From positions 44,268,001 through 44,332,000 of the forward strand of contig NC_088857.1 in the NCBI RefSeq assembly GCF_963853765.1: a stretch of 64,000 bases of DNA. Direction: 5' to 3'. The position numbers and the translations under genes were made by a program. The notes under the pieces are model-generated. The model was given only the letters and a program-made list of their open reading frames with translations, was not told the DNA's origin and made no database searches. This document shows, one piece after another, positions 39,553-51,338 of the stretch. Position 1 is the first letter of the stretch. Each line of letters starts with the position of its first letter. The stretch comes from Magallana gigas. Its lineage: Eukaryota.

Positions 39553-39930
39553 GGTTGATACCAACATTATCAATATGATTTAGAGGTTTTGAGTACGTGT
39601 AAGTGATTTGTGCGACATTTGAGAAAGTAGAGATAATTAAGAAATAACATACCAAAGTTTCCCTTGTTTATAAAACAGGAAGCCAGTGTAATTAGACTTT
39701 ATGAAAAAAGATGATGCCTTGGTATTATTCAAAATAATTCATGCATTAGGTTTCACACTTCTTGTGTATATGACACCATTGTCTTGAGAAAATTATTACA
39801 CAAAAGTGAATAAAGATTTGGATTTTTTAATTTTATTTTCCTAAAAAAGTCTTAACTGAATCATGAGGAAAGAAACATGTAATTTTTTCTCATTTAATTG
39901 TCTAGATCTGGGATTTTAAAACAAATGCGT
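39100..39930 (+). repeat. Non-coding spacer segment homologous to about 46690-47335
   Basis: Shared blocks GGATCxTCTATGAACT, GCTGTAGAGGTTT, AGAGATAATTAAGAA and CATTTAATxGTCTAG occur in the same order 3' of B3 and 3' of B4. Boundaries approximate. Confidence 0.65.
39372..39552. mobile_element. 181-bp MITE with CATG termini and 5-bp TSD
   Basis: TIR CATGCGCGGATCCAGA / TCTAGATCCGCGCATG; GGTTG on both sides; a single GGTTG at the paralogous site 47006-47010. Confidence 0.85.
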
Positions 39931-42797
39931 TTGTTTACCCTATTCATTTGATTTTGTATTATATTATCCAACAATTCTCTTTTATAATTAATCCGTTTAA
40001 TTCAAGAGAAAACCTCTGAAATTAATAACTGGTCAAAAAACTTCTAATACCTTTTCATATTTAAGGTAGTCCTTCAATAAATGAGGTGAATTCAACAATT
40101 TTGATTTATATAGACTACATCAATACGTATTTAAAAATTATTATGAGGCTGACATAAACCAAACTCGGGAATATTTAAGTAGCCGATCAGATAAACATTT
40201 TCAAATTGAAACTTTTTGAAAGATCGAGTTGTCAGCCCATTGCAAAAATTAGCAAAAAATCAATTTCTAAAAAAATGTACGGTAAAATGATTTCTTTTGG
40301 CATTTTCAAAGAATGGGAAAATTTTTGCAACTTTTTACCAAGAGATATGTGGGAAAATTATTTGAACTATATTTTTCAAAATGCATTTTTCTATAGACTT
40401 AAATGTTAATTTGAAGATGTGATTTTGTTAATATTCAAAATCTTTAAAAATTTCAAAGATGAATATTTGGAATATAATACACCCCTTAAAATCACAGTTA
40501 GAAATTCGTAATCAACTTGCAAATTATTAGATATGAAATAAGACTGTTATGGGTGGAAAACCTTAAGAAGAATATTTTATCTGTTGTAGGAGATAAATTA
40601 ATCTCATTTTGTTTTTATTTTTCGGAGGTATATTAAAAGGGACCCAAAGATGGATGTAAGCTACGTGCAAACTATGCTACAATGGAAACTTGAAGTCTAT
40701 TTCATGATTAGTTTCAATTGGTAAAGTTTTTATCCGCTATTGCACATTGACGTGTACTGTTAAGATTTTAAAACTTTGTCTTTCGAATGAAGTCGTATAA
40801 AGCGCATTGGATTCCTGATCGTTCTTATTTGACTTCAAATGTCATATAAACATTCTGATTAATGGAAAGCAAAACTAGCAATAAAGGTTTAAAAGGTGGA
40901 TGTTCACATCGTATTGTATTTGATTACCATGTGATTCTAGAAATCATACTACTTATTTTAAATCAGATACTTTCTGCAAGGATTTCTGAAAGGTATCTTA
41001 CAGAATAAATAACGTATATTTGACGGGTATGTACTGCAAAATGCTGATACGTTTTACATTTGAGCTAGGTTAGATCATTAATACCGGTTTACACCGGTAA
41101 ATTTGATATAGTTAAGATACGAGCAATATCAAAATGAATGTAAAATCAAATATCACTTGCAAGTCGACATATTCAAAAAGTCAATTTACATTACATTCAC
41201 GATAAAGTAATTTATATTAATGTCAGAAAACTTTGTTATAGAATAGCAAGATTCAATACTGAGACATGTCAAATTTACTGCATGACTCTTTTCATATACT
41301 TTATGTCCTAAATTGTAAAAAAAAAATTATATATTGCTTGAAAATTTAAGAAATATTTTGCATCAAATGACATTTGATAATCTTGTCAATAATGGAAAAA
41401 AGAAATGATTTCAATGTAAAATAGTTTTTAAAAAATCAAACAAAACTAGCAGCTTTCTTTTGTTTTAATACAGTTTTTGGTATTCTACGTGATATCATAT
41501 TTTGCACATTGAGAATGATACGCCATTCGACATTTGATGTTCGATGACGTCATTCAGGATGCTGAATTATTATGTTACGGTTATTTATATCAAAACCAAA
41601 AGTTATTGCTGTCTTTATTTTCAAAGGCTCGTAGAATATTTTTTGAAAGTGGGGGGGGGGGGTCGGTTTAATATCTAATATCCTGACAAGCAATTAAAAA
41701 CAACAATCATCATGTACTCAAAATCCTTATTCGTAGAGGAAAGGCGATATGACACTGCCTTAAAAATTTCAAACCGTCAATTGTAATGTTTATTTTGTTT
41801 TATTTCCCTTCAATTTTAAGCCACTTTCTTAAAAAATTCAAGTTTCTATACATTTAATTTAAGTGATGTTAAGGGCTGCAAAAATAAGTAGGAAGATTGT
41901 CCCATTCTTGCCCCCTCCTCCACCTACCCTTGATGCTACGTGCATGATTATTATCAAAAAAACTAGGTAAAGTTTAAAAATATAACAGCTAATGAAACAA
42001 AAATAACACCCTTAGAACTATTAAACTTACTGTATCTACAATAGATTTTACCGCTTGTTACGTGTTCTCCATTTTATCTTCATAAGATAAAGATAATAGT
42101 GGATTGGTAGTTGAATACATTTTAAACGTAAAACTTTGAGGTTAGTGCAAATCTTTTCATCTTTTTCGTTTGTTAGGAAGAGAGATTTAACGTAACTTAT
42201 TTTCGACAACATTCTCAAAAGTTTGAGTGTTAAGAAGATTATTTAATTAGGACTAGAGATGTTCATGAAATAAAGTGATATAAAACAAAAATTATTCAAA
42301 TTGATATTTTTCATTTAAAAAAACAAACCTTTATCTCAATATGTCATTTGATGATGATGATTTTGACTGAATTTAACCATTTCTTATAAAAAAAGGTATC
42401 AATTTGGATTGATATCACGACAAAAATACGGGTTGGTCATGTAGTCAAATATCATATAGCCTTTCACATTGATAACTATAACGTTGCTTTTGACAAGACT
42501 ACAAATTTCATTATGATAAATTGAAAAGGTTAAGAAAATTAACTCGCACAATTGAAAAAAACCCCACTGTAGTTCGGCAGAATATTACTACTTCCGTTGA
42601 AATTAAAGTGGTAGAGCGGTTGGAAATTTGAACACTTAACGAATTTTCTATGCAGAAGATTATCTTTCTCATGTTAAATAATTATCGTAAGCATTGAAAG
42701 ATATTTTTCTTAGACTTTTCACTAGAAAAATTCAATATTTAAACAAAAAAACCAAGAAATTGATTTTCTTCAATGGAATTTATTTAGAAGAAAACGT

Positions 42798-44023
42798 CTA
42801 ATAAACACAAACACATGGCTTTCCCTAAAAAGAAAATAAAACGTACACATTAGAGTGACTGTGTCATTGTTACACCTTTATTAAAACCTAGAAAAAAATA
42901 TCGAGTTTTTAATGTCATTCAAAATTTGAAAATATTTTTTGAAACATTTTGTTCTTACCAGTGGTTTTTCGCAAACATAGTGGTTCTTTTGTCCACAGCT
43001 GTCGACGTGCCAGTGGAATTTGTAGGACCTCTTGAACATACCGCAGTTGTAGTCACCGTGCTCATGATACACGGGTTCGTTACTGTACCAGTCAAATTTG
43101 TGGCAGGGCTTGGCAACGAATCCCCAGCACCACCTGTGTTTGTTGGGTCGCAGAATGTCGTTCAGGCCAAGCCAAGATCCTCCTCTAACTTTACAATTAA
43201 TCTTAAGTTATAAACTGTGCTATGATATTCCCCGAAGTAAATGAAATTCAGCACCGATGTTTTAACGTAAAAAAGAATCCACATACCTCCATAGACACTC
43301 AACATGTGTCTGACGTACGTGTTCTCGTGAGATTGATCAATAGAGACCAGATAACCACCCATGGCTACACATTTCATCTATCAAACGACAATTTGAACTT
43401 TTAGTATAACTACACTACAAAAAATTTAATTAACCGAATCATCTTATCTTTTAAAAATTAATATATATTTCCATTCATTTTGTAACTTGACACTTACTGA
43501 GGCTGTGTACCAGTTGAGTTTTTGTCTGCTAAACCAATAACAACGGTTGTTGTACTGATGCCATCCTGGTCCACAGCCACCTGATACAAATTTTGCTGCA
43601 GCGTACTTAAAAGCGCTGTACTTTGGTGCAAAGTCATAGCTGGCCTCGGACACTGCCAAATATGGAGATGAAAATATTGTTAATTTAAAGTCTCTCTATT
43701 AAGATTTTGAATGAATTTCACATCTGTTCGTTTAAGTAACAACCAAACTAAATATTCACTTTCTTATCGAAATCCATTATAAAAATATTAACTTTTGTTA
43801 GAGTAGAGAATTATTAACATCAACATGTTTATCATAACAGTAGGGAAAAATATTCAAACATAAATCAACTATATGACAAATTTTATTTAAAGAGTTATTT
43901 TTGTCTGATTTTCATCAATATTAGATTTCTTTTTTAAGTATGATTTTACATTTAACCTACAAATGGTGTCTTACCAGCCACAAGGACACCGAGAGCAAGA
44001 GAAACTGCTATGACTATGTTCAT
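42798..44023 (-). CDS. C-type lectin-like protein, subfamily A copy A5 (pair 4), 183 aa
   Basis: Exons 44023-43975, 43652-43498, 43377-43287, 43188-42959, 42824-42798. Signal MNIVIAVSLALGVLVA. Confidence 0.92.
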
Positions 44024-44354
44024 CTTGGGACAAGTCCTGATTGGTGACTTCTGTGAAATAAATTTCTTTTTATAATGTTGGCAAATCAGATCGATTTCCA
44101 TATCCTCGCCTAAATCGTGTTTATCAAATTAACCATTGTGTTGTTGGCTGGTCATGGTCTTACATTGCGCACAAATTCAGCAATTTCGTCCTTTGCAACG
44201 TCTTGCTGGCAGTTTCGTATGCTTCATTAAATTTGTTTATTCAGCATGATGCGTTAATAGTTTTTCATGCATACTAACTATTGTGTACTTTAGCAGGTAT
44301 ATATACCACACAGTATTCTAGAGCAAAGGACAGTTACCGAATAAAACAGGAGCT
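44024..44354. promoter_or_regulatory. Putative bidirectional promoter, pair 4 (A5/B4), 331 bp
   Basis: Divergent ATGs; TTTTATAATG, TCAAATTAACCAT, AAATTCAGCAA and GCAGGTATATATA present. Confidence 0.7.
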
Positions 44355-45626
44355 ATGAAGTCGTTTGTAGCAGTCGCTTTGATCATTTGTCTCTGGGCAG
44401 GTAAAATTCATATTGTGACATTATTTTGATAAGACTACCAGTTCATCTGTAGTAGTGCAATTAAATTACGTGTTGCGTAAGACAAATCAAAAGAAAAATA
44501 AATCCTATTTTGTAAGAACGGGGGACTTTAATAGACTTTTATAAATCTTGTAAGTCTTGTGTGTAATGTGATCTAGGTCTGACATGAAGTTCTTAGTTTT
44601 TTTTTTATAAATTCTTTACCATATTTGATCATTTCAGTTGTAAATGCCAGCTATGATAATGCCCCCAAATACAGTGCCTTTGGTTATGCTGCTGCAAAGC
44701 TCACTGGCAGACACTGTCCTCCCGGATGGCTCCAGTACCACCAGAGCTGTTACTACTTCAGCAGAGACAGGCTGAGCTGGTGGCAGGCTTCAGTAATATA
44801 AATATATTATCACAAATACAATTTAAGCAGATTGATGAAAATAAACCTAATTTGCTTAATGCCTTACGTGTTTTTAAAAAAACTTTTTTTTTTAATTCAG
44901 ATGAAATGTGCTTCTATGGGAGGATTCCTGTGTAATATTGATGAAGCTCACGAAAACACTTACATCAGACATCACCTCTCTATGTACCAAGGTAATCTAT
45001 CGAAAATCAATTGTATAAAGTATCTAACATTCAGATTTATATATAAAGTAACAACTTCGGGAATGATTTATAATGCCTACATAAATGGGCAATGCAAATA
45101 ACATGATTAAAAGTGACTGATTAAAATTCTGAAACACAGTTTTTTGGGCAATAAAAACTACTTGTTGATCAAGCTACACATTTTATGGTGTTTATGTATG
45201 CATGTGAAATAGTATCCAGTATCCAAGCACAAATACTACATAAATATATTTTTACCTTACATTTTTCTGCTTTTATAGTATCCCCTGGAGCGTGGTTCGG
45301 TTTGAACGACTGTTTGTACCCCAACGTCCACAGATGGGGCTGGGGATTCTCCAACAAACGATGCCACAAGTTTGACTGGTATGCTGGCGAGCCTGTGTAC
45401 CATCAGAAAGGAGACTATAACTGTGGTATCTTCTGGAGCAGCTACAAATATCATTGGCATGTCGATAGCTGTACACAGAGAAACTACTACGTCTGTGAAA
45501 TGAAGATGGTAAGTAGATAAAGAAAAAAGTTTACTGAGTTTACAATCACTTTTAACTGCATTCAGATAAATATAAATTTACATTCTTTTACAATTTCAGG
45601 GAAAGCCTTGCAAATGCCAATACTAA
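44355..45626 (+). CDS. C-type lectin-like protein, subfamily B copy B4 (pair 4), 182 aa
   Basis: Exons 44355-44400, 44638-44792, 44901-44991, 45279-45508, 45600-45626. Signal MKSFVAVALIICLWA. Confidence 0.92.
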
Positions 45627-48589
45627 GCAAAATGTAGAGTTATACAAAATAAAACAATATTTAGATAACATCTTACTTGGCTTGTTATTATTAGCATCAT
45701 ATATTCCAATTGTATAATATAATATATATTGTGGAAGTGTATTTTGGTAATTTTTCAACGTCAGCAACGTTCATCCACACCATTGATATACTGTTAAGCC
45801 TTTTTATACATGCAGTGTGTGGTTATTCTTCTATCTGCTCCAGACACATAAATGTAGTACAAAAGACTTCAACAATTAGAGTAATTCGAATATTTATAAT
45901 TTTTTTAATAAATTTGATTTTTGTATGAACAAGTGCTTCTCGTTTGTATACAGAACAAGTGATGAAATAAAAGAAAAAAATGAACTTCTTGAATCATAAA
46001 AACATTTATTTAAAAAACCAAAAAACCACCATGTATTACCGGTATCTTAGAAGTTGAGAGAGCAAAACTTAATATTATTTGAAAAGCACAAGTTAAAATT
46101 ATAGCAAAACTATGTTTTATTAATACTTCTCAACTTATATATATATATGGGTTGTCTTATAAATATAGGCATCAAACAATATGCAGTTATAACTGACTTT
46201 ATTCAAAAGTTAAAAAAGTATTACAAAACCAATCTGCACAAGACTGGAGAGGTATCATAGATAACTTACCAAAATGTATTAATCATAAAATTTTTAAAAA
46301 ATCAAATTTCACTTTAGGGAAGTATTTGCTTATATTACCGAGAGATCTACGGATCACATTTACAGAACACAATGTTGTTTCCTGCAAAAGCATGTGCCCA
46401 AAATTGTGACATTTAGTATGATATCAATCTAATGGTCATTCTTATCACATCACAGCAATGCACATTGTTCTTCGTCTTAAAAAACTTGCATATCATAGTT
46501 ATGGATCCCACCGCTGTTTAAATCTGCTTACCTTATGCAATGGTTACCAATGTCAATATATATTGAGCCTTGAATTAAGATTCATTGTCAAAAACACAAG
46601 AGCTTTGATAGTATATCACTAAAAGTAAATATTCCAGTACCCTGGACACATAAAAAATTCAATTCTGTAAACAATGAATATGTTAAATTATATATGAGAG
46701 ATATCGATTATGAAAACCTCCTACACAATACACATGAAAATGTATACTATTTTGTATAAATATTTGGACCGTTAAGGATCGTCTATGAACTCAATTTTAA
46801 AAGATGATTTTGTACTTTAAAATATTTACATAGATGAAAGATGTACATATCAATATGATTTTGTTTATTTTTAACAAAGAGCACATACCATATATAAAAA
46901 TACGAGTTAAATGTTCATTATAAAAAATGCAAAGATTCAAAATTGAGATTGTTTACAAGTTCATGCTGTAGAGGTTTTTAATAAACAATTATTTCAATGT
47001 GTAGAGGTTGGAGTCTGTATGGAATGGATTATCTATGTACGTCTAGTATATTATAGATGTTAAAAGTTCTGTGTGCGATTTGTGTAGAGAAGAGATAATT
47101 AAGAACTAATATAGCAATGTATTCTTATGTGTAAAAATCAACAACGAGGAAACCAGTAGAATTTGAATACATGAAAAAGGGATTATTTCAAATAATTTTA
47201 TCATTTGATTTTTATGTATTGTTTAATAAATTACTTGACACATTTTTATTGTTTGTTTGTACGAGTGCTTGTTAAACCATGAGCAAACAAACATTTAAAA
47301 GTTGTCATTTAATCGTCTAGGTTTAAAAAACAGGTTACATCTTTTCACATCTTGTATCATTTCAGAAGGTGTGTAATAGCATGCTAGACTCTTGCAAATA
47401 CTGCTAAAGCGTTTGTTTTTACAACCTGGGTTTGTAGTCACATTTACATTACAGTACTACAAACCAAATTCGTATGTTTGGAATGTACAGAAAAAAGCAA
47501 ATGAAGTCCAGTGATCAAATGTTCCTTATATACCAGTAACTTGTTTAGTACAGCTAAAAACTGCTCTTATTCTTTGAAAACATTTGTTAGTTAAAATTTG
47601 AGTTCATTTGTAAACTCCTTACACTAAAGTAATTATATAATGCACCAACGGTTTATCTGTCAGATTTTAAGGAGGCCGATTTTGGAGGGGGGGGGGTGGT
47701 TGCGGAAAAACAACAATAGCAAAGCGAAACTCTTTTTATTTTAACCATATGTAGAGTACACCAACTTTTGTTTATCTACGAAAGTTGAAGAAAATCGACC
47801 CTTTGGTTCTTTTTAGGGGTGATCTCAAAATACAGATACATTTACATAAATATATATTCGAAATTGTCATTTTCCGTAATTCGAAGCAGATTAATAAAAT
47901 ACTACGAAAGCTTTAATTCTTAAATTGTAATATGTGATTAGTAATACCATTGTCTACCTTATATGTTGAAAATGATAAATTCTACTGTCTGGTTTTAAGT
48001 GGGGGCCATCTCAAAATATGAAAATGCACCAAATTTTGCTAATATTTGGAATATTACAAGTGTTGACTAATATAACGGATTCGTTCAAAAATAATAAAAG
48101 TACCCCCGAGGATAGAATTATTATGTGTGTAGATTTTCAACGGCGTACTGCTTATACTTTTTCTTTTATCTTACTTCTTAAATTATAACGCACTCCTAAA
48201 AAGCCTTATTTTATCATAACGTCATAAATGCAGAATGACTACGCTCACCTACCGCACAACGAAAAAATAGTTTTAAAAATAAAATTTCCCTTTAAAAAGC
48301 TTAATATTTTAATTGGTATTTTGTTGGTTGTGTTCAATTGTATAAATGATATCGAATAAAAAATTCATTAAAAGAACAAATATACTGTATTCTAGTAGAA
48401 TGCGCAGAAACATGCGCAATGAAAACTAAAGTCAGCTTCTTTAAATAATGATCTGGATCATTGAAAAATACACATAGACGTCCCCCTTTAAGGAAATATA
48501 TAGTTGTCATCTTTCACTAAAAGAATTCAATAATTAAAACAAAAAAGTAAAGCATGTTTTGTAATTTGAATTTAATCGGAATAAAATGT

Positions 48590-49779
48590 TTAATAGACAC
48601 AAACACATGGCTTTCCCTGAAAAGAGAATAAAACGTACAAATTGCAGCTGCAAAATTGTTCAACCTTTATAAACTTAAAAAAAATAACCGTCGAGCAAAC
48701 ATTTCAACTATTGTAATATTTTTTGTAACTGTTTGTTCTTACCAGTGGTTTTTCGCAAACATAGTGGTTCTTTTGTCCACAGCTGTCGACGTGCCAGTGG
48801 TATTTGTAGGACCTCTTGAACAAACCGCAGTTGTAGTCACCGTGCTCATGATACACGGGTTCGTTACTGTACCAGTCAAATTTGTGGCAGGGCTTGGCAA
48901 CGAATCCCCAGCACCATCTGTGTTTGTTGGGTCGCAGAATGTCGTTCAGGCCAAGCCAAGATCCTCCTCTTACTATTCAGTTAAAATCAATGTTAGGGTT
49001 ACAATCTCTGCTATCACATTATCTTGAGTACTCGAAATGTAGTATCGATGTTTAAACGTAATAGGTTTGGGTAAATAATCCACATACCTCCATAGACACT
49101 CAACATGTGTCTGACGTACGTGTTCTCGTGAGATTGGTCAATAGAGACCAGATAACCACCCATGGCGGCACATTTCATCTACAATTAACGTTAAGAATTA
49201 CCACCAATACCTCGGTGAAACATTTAATATCAGGTCCTATGATCTCTATCACTTACTGAGGCTGTGTACCAGTTGAGCTTTTGTCTGCTGAACCAATAAC
49301 AACGGTTGTTGTACTGATGCCATCCTGGTCCGCAGCCACTTGCTACAAATTTTGCTGCAGCATACTTAAAGGCGTGGTACTTTGGTGCAAAGTCATAGCT
49401 GGCCTCAGACACTGGCAAATAAAGGGAAAAGAAGATTATCATTGAGAGTGTTGTCTTCTGCCTACATAAATTTCAGATTCCGTTCGTTCTCCGCAATTTA
49501 TTCGTTTTTTTTTATTAATGAATATCCTAAGTAAACATTATTTTTTTTATTGTAGAAAATGATAATCACCGATAAGAATTTAGAAAATGTAAAAGAGAAA
49601 ACAGCATTATGTCTTACGTGTATATTCTATTGAAAGCATTATTTGATGTGTATTATTTTCATAATATACGATTTTCTTCAAAAAAGTAAGTTACAATAGA
49701 AAGTCAATATTTTAACAAATGGTGTCTTACCAGCCAAGAAAACACCGAGAGCAAGAGCAACTGCTATGGCTATGTTCAT
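48590..49779 (-). CDS. C-type lectin-like protein, subfamily A copy A6 (pair 5), 183 aa
   Basis: Exons 49779-49731, 49411-49257, 49178-49088, 48972-48743, 48616-48590. Signal MNIAIAVALALGVFLA. Confidence 0.92.
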
Positions 49780-50096
49780 CTTGGGACAAGTCCTGATTGG
49801 TGACTTCTGTCAAATTCATCTCGTTTTATAATGTTGACGACATCAGATCAATTTCACTATTTTTGCCCTATTCATGTATGTCAAATTAACCATAGTGTTG
49901 TTGACTTTTGCGCAAATTCAGCAATATAATCTATTGTAATATCTTATATGCAGTTAGGTACACTCCATTAATTTCGTTCATTCATTATAATGCGTTAATC
50001 CTTTTACATGCAGAGTAAAGCTGTTACGTTTAGCAGGTATATATAGTTCATAGTATTTGAAAAAGCAGAAATCAGTTTCCAAAAGATACTGGAGCC
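49780..50096. promoter_or_regulatory. Putative bidirectional promoter, pair 5 (A6/B5), 317 bp
   Basis: Divergent ATGs; TTTTATAATG, TCAAATTAACCAT, TTGCGCAAATTCAGCAA and GCAGGTATATATA present. Confidence 0.7.
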
Positions 50097-51338
50097 ATGA
50101 AGTCGTTTGTAGCAGTCGTTCTTTTGATTTGCCTTTGGGCAGGTAAAGTTCACCTTCTGACTCAAGAAATTTAATAATAGCTTCAAAAATAACAAAGATC
50201 GTGAAATCATTCCAGTTTTATGATTTGCACTAGAATATAAATAAATGCTATGTCTTTTTGTGTTTGTTTTCTTTTGGGGAATTTGAATTGTATAGGTCAA
50301 AATTTGAAGAAAAACAGTGAACTTGTAGGTCTAGATCAAGCGTGAGCATTTTAAGTTTTCTTTGAACTCGTGTAAATATGTATACCCATTCACATACGTT
50401 GTTGTTGATATTTCAGTTGTAAATGCCAGCTATGATAATGCCCCCAAATACAGTGCCTTTGGTTATGCCGCCGCAAAGCTCACTGGCAGACACTGTCCTC
50501 CCGGATGGCTCCAGTACCACCAGAGCTGTTACTACTTCAGCAGAGACAGGCTGAGCTGGTGGCAGGCTTCGGTACTATTCATACTACATGAACTACATAT
50601 AGATAATATTAGCAATTGACATTCAAAGTTCATTGTTTTTAGTTGAATATATCATTTGGTAAGGAATGATCCTTTACGGTGTAAAAACTTGATGTGTTTT
50701 TACTTTTAAAGTAAAAAAAAAAATTCTTCTAATTCAGATGAAATGTGCCTCTATGGGAGGATTCCTGTGTAACATTGATGAAGCTCACGAGAACACTTAC
50801 ATCAGACATCATCTGTCTATGTACCAAGGTAAAATACCCACATAAGTTTAAAAAACCACTTGCTGTATACTCCTATCTAATTCGAGTTTATTTCCGTATT
50901 TTTTTTTATTAAATAAAGCATAAATGGGATTGAAATACGTGTACTCAGTATACGATTTTAATTTTGTAGTATCCCCTGGAGCGTGGTTCGGTTTAAACGA
51001 CTGCTTGTATCCCAACGTCCACAGATGGGGCTGGGGATTCTCCAACAAACGATGCCACAAGTTTGACTGGTATGCTGGCGAGCCTGTGTACCATCAGAAA
51101 GGAGACTATAACTGTGGTATCTTCTGGAGCAGCTACAAATATCACTGGCATGTCGATAGCTGTACCCAGAGGAACTACTACGTCTGTGAAATGAAGATGG
51201 TAAGGATAACAATAATACGGATGACAGTGTTCACTGTTGTTGTCGGAATTTTCATTGAATCAACCTTGAGAACGAAATTAAAATTATACATTATTTTATT
51301 TTTATTTTCAGGGCAAGCCTTGCAAGTGCCAATACTAA
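50097..51338 (+). CDS. C-type lectin-like protein, subfamily B copy B5 (pair 5), 182 aa
   Basis: Exons 50097-50142, 50417-50571, 50738-50828, 50970-51199, 51312-51338. Signal MKSFVAVVLLICLWA. Confidence 0.92.

Noticed and set aside
40061-40500. TTAAGGTAG start suggesting another TTAA element
   Set aside because: No matching right terminus found.
41622-41946. Possible MITE with poly-G start and TGCTACGTGCATG end
   Set aside because: The left TIR is too degenerate and no TSD could be confirmed.
11032-49027. Recurrent ORFs such as MVLLSTAVDVPVVFVGPLE.. and MPVIFVAAPEDTTVIVSF..
   Set aside because: They are antisense shadows of lectin exon 4, recurring only because the exon is duplicated.
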